Positions 24,957 to 38,096 of a DNA stretch of 64,000 nucleotides are shown here, one piece after another. A model generated the notes under the pieces. That model was not told the DNA's origin. It ran no database searches and saw nothing but the letters and a program-made list of their open reading frames with translations. The first letter of the stretch is position 1, and the number at the start of each line of letters is the position of its first letter. Location of the stretch: positions 63,302,001-63,366,000 of the forward strand of contig NC_043000.1 of NCBI RefSeq assembly GCF_006345805.1, in the 5' to 3' direction. The position numbers and the translations under genes were made by a program. The stretch comes from Octopus sinensis (lineage: Eukaryota).

Positions 24957-26410
24957 ATATGCATACATCTATATATATATACTAAAAATAGGAGATGTTA
25001 TCAACAACTTCAGAATTACCATTTTGCCACTTGTTAAGATTTTTCTCAGCTCTTATACATGTAAAACATTTGAGATGTTATTTTGGCGGAGATCCCTTAT
25101 AACAATTTTGTTAAGTACAAATGGCAATCTTAGTCCGACAATAAGTGAAGGAAAATAATTTAAGGAACACCTACACATCATATGAACTAATTAAAGACTG
25201 TTCAGGCCAACAGGAAATCATATTGGTGCTAACTAGTCAACAAGGCAACCTCTACATGATTGCTAAATCTGTTAGAAATAACACAAAAATCTCTCTCTCA
25301 AATCATACCCTAATGTCTTAAATGAAGAATACACTGAACAATATAGTCCTGGATATATTATGTCTGCAGAAAATCAAAGCGGGATGGTCATGACTGGTAC
25401 ACCTTACATTATATACATGTGCTCAATTAGGGATGACCTGGGGCTAAACAACAACAGTGGAGTTGACAAATAATGTAATAGAATTGAAACCACTATATTC
25501 TCCCTCACAACATATCTTCCTAACACCTGCTCCTTCCACCTATATTCACTCACTGGATTCTTTTCCCTGCTCATTGACTTTATTCAATCCTCTATATCAC
25601 TTACATACAACTCCCTGTAACTTGAGGGTATGCCCAGTTACATCTCTCTCTCTCTCTCTCTCTCTCTCCTTCTCCAACTGGGACACCAATGTAATTCCTT
25701 TACTGCAAGAGACTTGCTCCTGTCTCTCTAATCATACTCTAGCCTCTAATTAGAAAGCCACTTCCCTCAATACTACTCCCCACTCAGTTAAGGGGCTCTT
25801 GTCTTACAAGTTACTTGGAGACCTCACTGGCACTGGTGCCATGTAAAAAGCACTCAGTACATGCTGTAAAGTGGTTGGTGTTAGCAAAGGCATTCAGTTA
25901 TTGATACCATGCCAAAGCAGACAGTAGAGCTAAGCAGTGTCTTCAGGTTTGTCAAGTCCTGTCAAACCAACCAACCCATGCCAGCATCAAAGGTGGAAGA
26001 TAATGATGTTGATGACAATGATGATACTCCTGGTGCATTCTCTCTTAATCTTTCTCCTTCAAGTTCTCCACTGTAAGATTATGTAAAACATTTCAAAATA
26101 TTCAGTTGGTTTCTTGGAAAATTTTAAACATTCATATCACATATTGTACAATGATAAAATAAGCATCTTCATTTTAAATAGTATCAATTGCAAAAGTAAT
26201 TAGATGCAAAAACTAAAGTGTGGAGATGATATGAAACTTTGGTAAATTTCTTTTAAAACTGAATGACTCATTAAATTATTTTGATTATTGCCACTACTTA
26301 TTGCATTTGGGATGGCTTCTCCCTCAATATGAATTCAGAAACTTTAATCATTAGTATAAGTAAAAGAACGTGTTTGATTGAAAAACTAAATGATCTAATT
26401 ATTTATAAAG

Positions 26411-26442
<32 letters not shown>

Positions 26443-26444
<2 letters not shown>

Positions 26445-27369
26445 GTAAATGTAATATGTGACAATTATTCGGTAGCCATGATAAAACTCCGAGTTTTGGA
26501 TGCCAAGGTGGAAATCCACGCCACCATCTCTTCAGTTATCTGGCCATCGGAAAAATGCTATGAAAAATGACTGTTATACAAAGGAAATTACTGTGTGGTT
26601 GACCATTATAAGACAAAAGAGCTATTTGGATGACTGCTAAGTGAGGGAAGGGAGTATCGCGTAAGCGCGCATGTTCATACCTACACATGCATGCCCGCAC
26701 ACCCACATGTGTGCGCCTAAATGTATACATTCATCTAAGGGGGTATACAAAGAGTCAACCATGTCTATATTCACACATACCCATATGCATGCACACACAC
26801 ACACACACACGCCTATATACGCTCACACACAGACACACGCACAAAAAAGATCATACATATGTCTATACACAAGAAAAAGCAGGGTTAAAGGCAAAAATAC
26901 AAGAAAATGTATAAAAACACTGAGTAAAACACATCTATATCACACATGCACCCACACACGCACACAACTATATACAAACACACACGCACACACAAAAGAA
27001 TCCATATACACATCTATATACGCACAGGGAAAAATGCAGGGTGGAAGGTAGAATACAGAAAAATTATGTGTAAAAAATATATAAGCAATAAACTTATAAA
27101 TCAATATCACTATAAATATGTAAGAAATATATGTAAAAAAATATAAATAAAAATATATAAGAAATATAAGTAAAGTATAAAGAGATAAAAAGCTTGTGCA
27201 TATAGAAATATAGAAAGCAAGTTCTATCTGTAGTCTCTGGGTGACCAAAAATGTAACAAATATTTGGCCACATATGGGCATGACCGAAAAGTTCAGTTCT
27301 TGAATTCAGACATGTAGCGGGGTCTAAGTTACTTTTCCAGATGAGCCGTCTTTCCATATCACATAGACC
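26443..27369 (-). mobile_element. Penelope-like element 3' fragment (GIY-YIG C-terminus, 3' UTR, HHR)
   Basis: GLCDMERRLIWKSNLDPATCLNSRTELF matches the 45-kb PLE; HHR motif at 26540-26480. Confidence 0.8.
26480..26540 (-). ncRNA. Type I hammerhead motif of the PLE (family B), decayed
   Basis: Reverse complement GATAA-CTGAAGA-GATG..CATC-C-AAAA-CTCGGAG-TT-TTATC; GAAA is mutated to AAAA. Confidence 0.6.
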
Positions 27370-27550
27370 AGCCTTTTGGCTAAGATCGAAGTGTAGTATC
27401 CGTTCTTATCAGCTTAATATCTGATACGGTCCCTATTTGGGGCCATCGATATTAAACTGATTTTTAGAACGAGGCGAAGTGTTAGGGGCTTGCTCCGCCT
27501 TTGCCACAGGTTGGCCTGGTATTGCAGTGCTTCCAGGATTCAGCCCATCT
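27369..27550 (+). ncRNA. U2: U2 snRNA copy lacking the first ~9-10 nt; probable retropseudogene
   Basis: GCCTTTTGGCTAAGATC..GTGTAGTATC.GTTCTTATCAG.TTAATATCTGATACG; branch-point recognition GTAGTA at 27393-27398; Sm-like GATTTTT; GCTTGCTCCG; stem-loop IV CCTGGTATTGCAGTGCTTCCAGG. No upstream promoter, because a PLE fragment abuts the 5' end. Confidence 0.95.
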
Positions 27551-30500
27551 GTCTCTCTCTCTCTCTCTCTCTCTCTTTATATATATATATATATATATAT
27601 ATTATGTATATCTCAATGAGAAAATACTCAGGAGCTAGAGATGTATTTGTCAAATATGACAAGGTACTTATCAAAGGCTGGATGTTTAAGTACCATGACG
27701 TATTCCTTTGTTTCTTCTCTCTTTCTACATGATTAAACATCTAAAATTAGTCTTTTTAAAAAAAATACAATGTTTTCAGTAATGTCAAGTAAATGCTATA
27801 ATTTCCATTTGGCAAGGAAACAGCAGGTAATTTTCCAGAAGAGAATTCAAATATTTATGGCAGCGTTCTACTTCAAAGAATGAGAGGAAACACTCACAAA
27901 AGACTAATGGCAAACCAACTTATTTTATATTATAAACTTGTTAATGTAGACCACCACTTACGCTCTTCAATTTTAGTGTCTTACTTTACAAATTTTCAAG
28001 AAAGAAGGTCTGTTTTCAAGTCAATGGAACACAAACTAAGAGGCAAAATGCATCTCTCTATAACAAGCCATGAATTTATTATCTAAAAGCTGGTGATATG
28101 ATACCATGTTTATTCAATGATTCTGCCATTAAGTATAAATTTTATATAATAAATACACCCTTTTTAGTATTACTACTACAACTACTACTACTATTACTAC
28201 TGCTGCTGCTAGATTTTTTTTTTATGTCAGGATTTGTTCTTGCTTTATTCTAAGAAGAACTTTTTGAGTACAGTTTTGAAATCAAATACTTTACCTGTTA
28301 TCAAGCCTCCAGCAAGATATCTGTCTGCATTTATCATTTATTTATTTATTTTGCATAAGCCCATAAAGAAGGAGTAGACATAGTTTATATTGTTGTTGCC
28401 ATTTTGTTATTGTTTTTTTTTTATTTTTACACAATCAAGTGATGGTATAGTTAATGTTCAATTCCACCAGTTAAATTTAGCAATTGTGATCACTCATCCC
28501 CAGGTTACCCCTCATTGAACAGACCTAGATGTTATAAGATTGGAGAGTAGATGAAAATTTTATATAACCAGCAGTAAATTCAAGAAATTGAATGTTTACA
28601 GCACCTGTTCTACACTAAGATTTCTCAAGCAGTGTTTAACTCTTTTAGTCTGAAAGAAACAGGTGATTCCATTCCAGTATAATCAAAATAAAATTTAACC
28701 AAAAATAAATTTTCAGAATGTCTTATTCCTCTGTTTATTTCATTCCATTTCACCTGACTGTATTGATAGCCTCATGGGGTTTTATGCTGTCTAGCTGCTA
28801 ACAAACTTACTATATATACTACAAAAAGCAATTCAAATACTAGTCGTAACTGTTAACAGTACAGTATACTATAATACTGCTTATCACATTGAACGTACTT
28901 CAAATCTTATATTCTATCAAAGATTAATACTACATAAGCTGAAAAATTGATCTAAAGATTTTCTCAAAATTATTAATTTAACATTTTATTCAAAACCAAA
29001 TTTTGAATGGAATATTGTACAGTCAAACACATCAAAATAGCAAATAAAATTTATAATGCACTGAAAATTGCAAATGCAATTTTTAGTGCATTATAAAAGT
29101 ATTTGCTATTTGTTTTGGTTTTAGTTTCTCCACACTCCCATTTGATGAATATTTTACCATACTGATTTTAGATGAATTATTAAAAAATTCTGTATTCTTA
29201 AAGAAGTTTTTACTATTATCATAAACACAGCTCTGCAAAAAAGAATAATAATTAAATAAAATAAAATGAATACACAGGGTAGAGGTAACTAAAAAACAAA
29301 GCACCCTCAATGTTTTGATATGTTTTTAGTGTAGCCATCTCATCCTTATTGTGTGGCACAACATACCAATATTTATAACCTCAAACATGTTTCATTTAGT
29401 TTATTCAGGGAAATTTGGTTGTTGCACCAAGTATTTTAGGAAACTATAATGAAGTTGCCTTTTTTAGCCCTTTAGAATACATAACAACCCATAACCTTTA
29501 TGGACAAAACATTCGGGATGTGAAGGATAAGATCTAGTAAAATTATGCATATCTTTTACCATACCAAATAACTGACATTCAAAATTTATATTAAAAAAAT
29601 TCAGCTTCTTGCATAAATTCATAATTTCATTTTGTACTGCAAAAAATAATATTACGGTTGCTTTGCTGCCTATTCAAATAGCTAAAAATGTATAAACTTT
29701 AATGCATACTAATAAAAACTGAAAGAATTCATTAATAATATAAATTACTAATTAAATCTCTTCTATTATTTATTGATCACATCTGTGGAAAGTAGTAAGC
29801 AGCAAACACTTGATAGAGAAACAAATGGATAGCTATCAGTGGGTGTAAAAATGGATAGTCTGACACTTGGAATGGAAATAGTAAATAACTAACAGAACTT
29901 ACAGCTGCAAAATTCTACTTGCATTCAGCAAAGCAAAAAGAAATAGAATAATTCTAAAGCATAGAAACATGAATGTATTATTGCACTGGAAATGTTCAGA
30001 ATAGCATTCTTTAATACTGTTTAACATATGAATGCTTTGAAAAGGAGATAATCAGCTCCTGTGAAGAACTTAGCAGAACAGTAGCTAAGGCCTATAATTA
30101 TAAGATCAATGAACTTTTGCCCAATTTCATGTTAATGAGATTTCCAACCAATGATATTTCTTCAATGTACAAAATACAGGCTGTCTGCTACTCTAAGATA
30201 CAGAAAGATATTTCAAGTAACAACACAGAATTTAGTTTCTGATAAAATATAAAATTATAAAAAGCAGCGATTATGATAAGAGGCTAGTTGCATACTTTGA
30301 GGTTAAAGAATAAATTATATTCTGATCAGCAAAGAAATTATTTTAGAATTAAATATATTAGTAGGCTGCACAAAACAAAGAATATATATATGTACACACA
30401 TGTAGTGTAACACATACAAATGCATATTACTCAAGTAATATTTTTTTATAGACAGTCACAAAAATGAATCTTTTAATTACAGATGCATCACAACCAGCTA

Positions 30501-31984
30501 AATATGCAAACTACTTCACAAAAGCTTATCTGACATGGTTATAACATTAATGTTTGTGAAGATACATTGAAAAGAACATTGCTTATAGATGTGGAGAAAG
30601 TACAGTCAACAGTATCTCCACTATACATGTTCGTATTTGAGCTATTTATAAGGAAGATACATTTCATGGTTTTCACTGCTGTCAATGTCATGACAGAATT
30701 CTCTTTGTATTGGCAATCATGGAGAAACCAGGGCAGTCTTAAACTGGTTTTAAAATAGAAAATTAAGGAAACATAATTATTTAATATATGTACATGCATG
30801 TAAGTATGTATGTGTGCATGTGCGCATGCATTTGTGCTTATGTGTGCATGTGCGCATGCATTTGTGCTTATGTGTGTATACACACACATATATTTATGTA
30901 TATACATATAAGAGCAAACCTTGTGTGAAAAGCATTCTATCCATCTTTTTTCTTTCTTTTAAAAAAACAAAAGTAGTATATCCAGATATATACCATCTCA
31001 TTAAACAATAAGGGACATCTAACTGCTATCTCTAGTAAGTCAAGCTACAAACTTCAATGTTAATTCAGATATTTAAATTTTTATGATATTCATATACTAA
31101 AAATGTATTTAATCTTGCTGAAAATAATAAGTAGTATTATTTTAATAATAAAGAACTTGATCTGAGACTATGTATTGAAACTGAAACAATTACATCATAG
31201 CACAGCCAGTTTAGCCTTCTAAAATCATAATATACACAAGCATACCTCAACTTATGTCATTTAAATATTATCTTCTACTTTACACCAGTCTTGGCAAACA
31301 TATTTAAAAGCATAACTAAATAAAACGAAAAACAAAAAAAAAAACCCAATACTGAAGTCAAAGATCAAAAACAGTTTAAAAATACTTACGAAAAGACGCA
31401 CAAATAATTTATTAAAACAGAAGTAAACTTGTTTATTTTTACTTAAATGCTTAAAGTATAGCATTTTATAGTGACTGGTAGTCTTTTTTAAACGTATTTC
31501 AAGGAATTTTTGTAACAGTTTTTTGAGCAAGTTAAATTACAAGTCTTACAAGTTAAATCGCATGTCTTAGAACCAGTTACTGATATAAATCAAGGTATGT
31601 CAGAGTGCTGTTATATTCGCATTTTCACTTTATTTCTTGAACTGTCAAAATTTTCATAAATACAGGTCCACTGCATCATAGACCAGATTGCAATGGTGCA
31701 CTGAAAATTTTAAGAAGTGGGGTTATTAATTAATATATTTGGCAAGCCATAAAGCACAAATGACAACCCTGCAAAATGTTTCACATTAGCTTGTTGGCTT
31801 CCTCTTCAAGCAAAAGTAGTCATTACATGACTTGCCAAACAATACTGTTATCTTAAGTGGGGTTATCTTCAATCTTCTTAGTGAGCATAATGTCCAAGAA
31901 TACTTTGTTAGGACAGCTAATTATATTATTGTTTTAGAATTAAATGTTTTTAAGAATTATCGAATATTTCAAAATATTTATGTT

Positions 31985-32850
31985 GGCAATTTTGATACCC
32001 AACTTAACATGGAGGTTGTGTTAGAACACAGAATATAATGTTATTTACTAGCATGGTTTCATGGTGCATAAAAGCATTTGTAATTATATCATTGACAGAC
32101 AAGAGGTGTCTGCTAAGGCTGCTGAAACTTCCAGTTCACGTGATTTCACCCTGCCATGATCTCCTCAGTGACAGATGTCCAGCAGTGACATAACAGCTGA
32201 ATCTCCCATCAACAATATATAGAATATTAGTGTCTATTCAGGCACTAATATCGCAAATAGCCAGTGGGCTTATTAAAATGTAATTAACAGTGACAGAAGT
32301 AGTATTAATACCAAAAGGCAATCTTGATCTCCATCTTAACATGGAAATTGTGTTAGAACACAGAATACTATGTTATTTACCTTGAGAAGATCACTCACAC
32401 GGACTCACGATGCATAAAAGCACTTGTAATTATATTGTTCACAGGTGAGAACTGTCTGTTATGGCCACCAGAATTGCCAGATCACATGATTTTATCCTGG
32501 TATGGGCTCCTCCCTATTAATGTTTTTCTAATAAGCCTACTGATACCAGTGATGAATAGACACTGATATTCTATATACCATGATGGGAGATTCAGCTGTT
32601 ATGTTGCTGCTGGACATATGTCACTGAAAAACTCATAGCAGGGTGAAATCACTTCACCTAGCAGTTCCAGCAGATGTAGGAGACAGTTCTCATCTATCAA
32701 TATAATTATGAGTATGCACCTTGTGTCCATATGAGTGATTGTAAATAATGTGATATTCTTTTGTTCTAACACAACCTTCATTTTAAGTTGGAGGTCAAGA
32801 TTGCCTTTTGATATTAATATTGCTTCTATTGTTATTGATTATTTAATCTG
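31985..32850. mobile_element. Old HHR-bearing repeat (family C): two ~345-bp tandem units plus one inverted unit
   Basis: 31985-32325 is similar to 32320-32512, and 32550-32850 is the reverse complement. HHR motifs at 32174-32129 (-), 32512-32475 (-, partial) and 32619-32663 (+, decayed). Confidence 0.7.
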
Positions 32851-35162
32851 CTATTTGTGACAATGTCATCAACTCACTCATAGCCCTAAAGTGATAAATA
32901 AGGCAAGACATTTATATTTTAAGTAATACATGCAAAATTAATAAATATTACACCAAGAGAAAACCCATGGCCACCCTCAAAACATTGCATCTATAAATTT
33001 GTTGCTGGTGCTTTCAGCACGTCAAGAGTTTATACCAGTTTATCATGGTAGTGTATCATAGTATGATACACTACCAACTGCTAATTTTAGTAAGACACAA
33101 TGGCAGTAAGCTGGCAAAATTGTTAAATGTGCCAGACAAAATGCTTTATGGCATTGCCTCCAACGTCCACTTTGCTTTTCATCTTTTTGAGATCCATAAA
33201 ATATGTACAAGCTGAGAACTAGCTTACTGTAATCAACTAGATCCCCCCCCCCCTGGAATTTCAGGCCTTGTGTCTATAGTAGAAAATTGTTCTAGTAAAA
33301 CATATTTAGAAAACATAGAATATAGGGGGTTTTCCGATACTGAATGAGATTTACAGAGATTTATCATGTTCATTTAATTCAGCATACTTAAACCTTTGTA
33401 ACTAGCTAATAATCTTAAGGTATGTGTTTGGTGTTGTTGCAAAATATAATTACACCCCAAATAATATCTGACAAGTTATAGAGTGATGATAAAAACAAGT
33501 TTCATGAGCTTGTCGGTTCATGCTTCATCCAACAGCAGTCATAAATAAACCTGACTTCCCAAAAGTAGCTATGACTGTGTAATAACATTTAAAGTGTAAA
33601 CTCAAGCATTATTATTTCATGTATATTATACAATAAATATATATTCATATAGCAAACTGTGTAATAGAATTGGTGTGATATCTTTTATCTTTATTTTTTT
33701 CCGCCATCGGACTGCATCCATGCTGGAGCACTGCCTTGGGGGATTCAGTCAAACAAATCAATCCCAGTACTTACAAGTTTTCTAAAGCCAGGTACTTACT
33801 GTATTAGCTTTTTTTTTTTTTGCTGAACATTACAGGGATGTAAACAAACCAACACTAGTTGTCAAGCGGTGGTGGGGGACAAACAGAAACATACACACAT
33901 ACATACATGTCTGTGTGTGTTCCATTTAATTTTTTTCTAAGTTCCTTTAGTATACTCATAAAGAACATCTGATAATTTTAATTTATGAAACTTTAGATTA
34001 ATGGTAACATTTGATTTTAAATTAAAAACTCTTGTTCACACACACACAGCCATAAATTTACCGACTTGAATTAGCTCATGGTAAATTCAGTTTAAAAACG
34101 CTAAACTAATTATATTCAAACATATTGAAGAAAGGTTATTTGCAAAATCAAGAGAAATTAACATGCATGTCCAAGCAAGAAATATAAAAGATTAAAGTGG
34201 TGTACGTATTTGGTACATAGGTTAAGACATGTATTAACATAATAACCATCTGCTGTTGAAACTAATACACACATGCATACATTAATCAACTTTAGTGTAA
34301 AAGTATGTATCCAACACTTTATCTAAATAACAATATATGTGTGTACACAGTACAACCATTATTAGTTTCATTTTTATTCTGCTTTGGTTTTGAGGGTTTC
34401 CATTGAAGCTACTTTACATGCAGTTCAATTCTGCATTATCTTGCCTATGAGACTCATCTTTCTAAAGACTTGTTAATGTTCACAGTATTAAATATGTTAA
34501 TACTAACTTTAGTAGCGTTTTTCATGCAAATGGTAACTCTGAATTATTTATTCTCTATCGAATTTTTGTCCACCAACCAATGAGTAGTCTTATACATTTA
34601 CCTACTTCAACAAGTACAATAAAGGTTATGCATTTGATAAGGTCAGAACAAGATCAAAACCTGTTCAGAATAGTCTCCCTTATTTGCTGGAAAGAAAAAT
34701 GAAATATAAGTGATTGACAAAAATTGTTTATCACTCAAGTTGGCTACTTAATGCTTCCTGCAGTAAACTTATTAACAACTACTTTTCCTAAAATCTTCTT
34801 TAGTATGCTTTGATTAATTTTGATCATTTCAACACACATTCATATTACATGGAAAAATGCGAGCATGAAAAGTAATATTCTTAAGATTATAAACCTGGAA
34901 AAGTACAAGACAAGTTATTACACCTGTAAAAGTATAGGACAAGCTATTACTTCTAGTACAGTAAAGAATAAGAAACTTTTTACTTAAAATATTGCAGCAA
35001 AGAATGCTATTTCTTCTCATTTACAGTTCCCATCTTATAAATTTATTGTAGAAAACTGTTCAGCTAATTTGTAAGTTTGTCTAATTAGTCACTTTTTACT
35101 GTATTTAAGGTAGTAAATTAGCCAAATTCTACTTAAATAAGTGTAGTGATATTTATAAACTA

Positions 35163-35545
35163 CTAGCAGTATCGCCCGGCGTTGCTCAGGTTTGTAAGGA
35201 AAATAACTATAAAGCATTTTTAGAGAGTTATAGCCAAAAAATAGCAAAAAAATGGGAAAAAATGATGGTAAATTTTATTTTTAGTTAACAAAGGTGGAGT
35301 TGCGTCCCCTAGACAGTTTGCGGTTTGTGTTTCTGATTCTCGACCCCATGTCGAATTTATCGATTTTTTTCAGAACTGCGGGAACTTTTCAAAATTTTCG
35401 CTGCATTAGTTTTGAATTATGACATTGGGCTATGTGTGTGTCAAGTTTCATCAGAATCGGTTGAAAGCCGTGGTCAGGGTGAGGGTACAAGCAAACAGAC
35501 ACACAGAAACATGCACAGACAAACTGCTGTTTATATATAGAGAGA
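35163..35545 (-). mobile_element. Non-autonomous Helitron
   Basis: On the minus strand it starts TC, ends CTAG with a subterminal hairpin (CCTGAGCAACGCCGGG) and sits between A and T without a TSD. Confidence 0.8.
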
Positions 35546-37889
35546 TAATAAAATAATTTTTAATATTCAAATTTTAATTTTAGCTGCAATATTTTAAGCA
35601 AAAAGTTTCTTATTCTTTACTTTACTTGAATAGTTTGTCTTATACTGTTATAGGTGTAATAACTTGTCCTGTACTTTTCCAGGTTTATGATCTTAAGAAT
35701 ATTACTCTTCATACTCACATTTTCCATGTAATCCATGATTTTTCCAGGCATTGCTGTTATAAGATAATTAATAATGTGTCAATAATTTAAGATTTTACCT
35801 AATAAAATACTGAAAGATAATATTTCAATTTTTCCATTTAAGTAATATTATTTCAATTTTTTTCATGTTTAATTTAAATATATGTTGTGATTGAATTATT
35901 TGATATTACCCATCCACACCAAATTAATGGCTGGGATTTTTACTATGTTGTTGGTTGCATCATGGTTCACCAAAAGTTAAAAACAAGACCCCAAAACCAT
36001 CAGTTACTAGGCTCACCTTAAGTAACTTAATTTTGCAATAAAAATTTACTATTATTGTACCTTCAATTTTATGTAAATATTTGGTTTTTCATAAATTAAA
36101 ACCATTTTATTAACCAAAAAAATAATTCTTAATTTCTAGGGCATGTGATTTAGGTAGTGGAATACTTTGGCTGCTATTTTTAGCGTGTTGAGCGACCAGG
36201 TATTGGTTCAATTGCATGATGAGATTTTTTACACATATATGTAATATATATATATATCATCGGCAGAAGTTAGAGAGTAAGTCAAAAAGCTGAGTTTCGT
36301 GTATTGGCACTTATCAAACACGAATTTGTCCATTGTCTCTCTGTAACTTCTGACGAAATAACTTCTAAAATACAAAATTTTGTCCAAAACGTTAAGAGTA
36401 CACCCTGTTCTATGTGACACATTCTACCGGTATCAGAAGTTTGAAAGTGTTCAGTTTTAAAAAAAATTAACAAAATAATCTGTACGTCTACTTGAATAGA
36501 TCCGAAATGGATGATAGACAAAGTTGACCTCAACAGAATTTGAACTCAGAACGTAAAGACAAATGAAACACCGCTTCTAAAATACAAAATTTTTTCAAAA
36601 ATGTTAAGAGTAAACCAGTATCAAAAGTTTGAAAGTGTTTAGTTAAAAAAAAAATTAATGAAATAATTTGTACGTCAAAGTCAACCTCGGTGAAATTTGA
36701 ACTCAAAAACGTAAAGACAGAGGAAATACAGTTAAGCATTTCACCCGGTGCACTAACGTTTCTGCCAGCTCACAACCTTAGAAAGTAAACATTGATTTTA
36801 GAAATACATTCTTTATTCTTATAGTAAATGGTTGTGCTTTCTTTCTCAAAGATAAAGGAGAAAAATATAGATACGGATCAACTCAACCATTTACTGGGGA
36901 TCTATTGAGCTCAAATATATAGGAGGTATGGAGACATTAAGATTAAATAAAAACAATAAGAGCAAAAATGTCCCATCCTTTTTGCACCAATATAGAATGC
37001 TATGAAGTTACATCATAATACATAACTTAAATGAAAATGACCATTAAAATATTGTGTATACTTACATAAATAACTTTGTATTTTGATTAAAAATCATTTT
37101 CAATTGTTCTTCATAAACAGGAAGAAAAATTTTTTAATGTTTATCATTCCATTAGAGTTCCATAGAATGGGTTCCAACTTTCAACAATAATGTAAAATAA
37201 CTGACTGGCATATGAATGGTTTTGTATGAAACAAGTGAATACATTGTTTTAAAGTTAACTGATGTCCAGGTGTAAAAGTTAAAGTATTAATTGTATACGA
37301 TTGATTAATTTATTATTTACCAAAAGTGAAGCATTCAAGAATGAAAACAATGGTCAACACACCCCTATGAACATACATTACTAAAAGATTAACAAAAGAG
37401 CAAGTCTCTATGTAGTTTCTCTACTTGCAAGAAACATCAACCAAATCACCTTCAAACCAGAACCTCCCATCTTTAAAAAGAAAAAAAATCACATAAATAA
37501 TGTAATCTGAGCTACACTGTTCTTGATATAAGATGAGTAGATCACAGCTTGAATGGTTTTGATCACAGATTTGCTCAGTGAAAACTGACCTGATGCTAAA
37601 CAACAATATATTAGTGAATGCTGAAGAATCTATAAAGGGCTTTGATATAGTTGCTTGAACTCTCCAATCTAGCAAGAAAATCTGCTTCAACAAAATCTTT
37701 ATTTTTAACAGATTTTATTTCATATGTCTTAGAATGGCATACAATTCTGATGCTTATGTCAAACAAATGATTAAGTTCGGTTCAAATTAATCTCAATTGT
37801 TGTTGCTGCTTAGGCCCAAGTCCTCTTTGCTTGAAGCATTTCAGCTATGAACTTTCCAGCTCATTAGAAGTATATAATGCTTGCTATAA

Positions 37890-38096
37890 CATAATTCTTT
37901 ACTTCTCTAGGCACAAGGCCCGAAATTTGGGGAAGGGGAAGTCAATTAGATCGACCAGTACACAACTGGTGCTTAATTTATCAACCCCAAAAGGCAAAGT
38001 TGACCTTGGCGGAATTTGAACTCAGAACGTAAAGACAGACGAAATACCACTAAGCATTTTGCCTGGCATGCTAACTTTTCTGCCAGCTTGCCACCT
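37890..38096 (-). mobile_element. Meta-like SINE copy
   Basis: Reverse complement of the 13493 family; further copies at 48105-48310 and 48340-48520. Confidence 0.75.

Noticed and set aside
27369-27550. Utopia/Keno-type site-specific insertion in a U2 gene
   Set aside because: The adjacent element encodes a GIY-YIG PLE fragment, and the missing U2 5' bases and promoter are not found on the other side.
33046-33076. Perfect 15-bp inverted repeat
   Set aside because: Isolated short hairpin with no TSD, family or ribozyme motif; likely a local template-switch repair scar.
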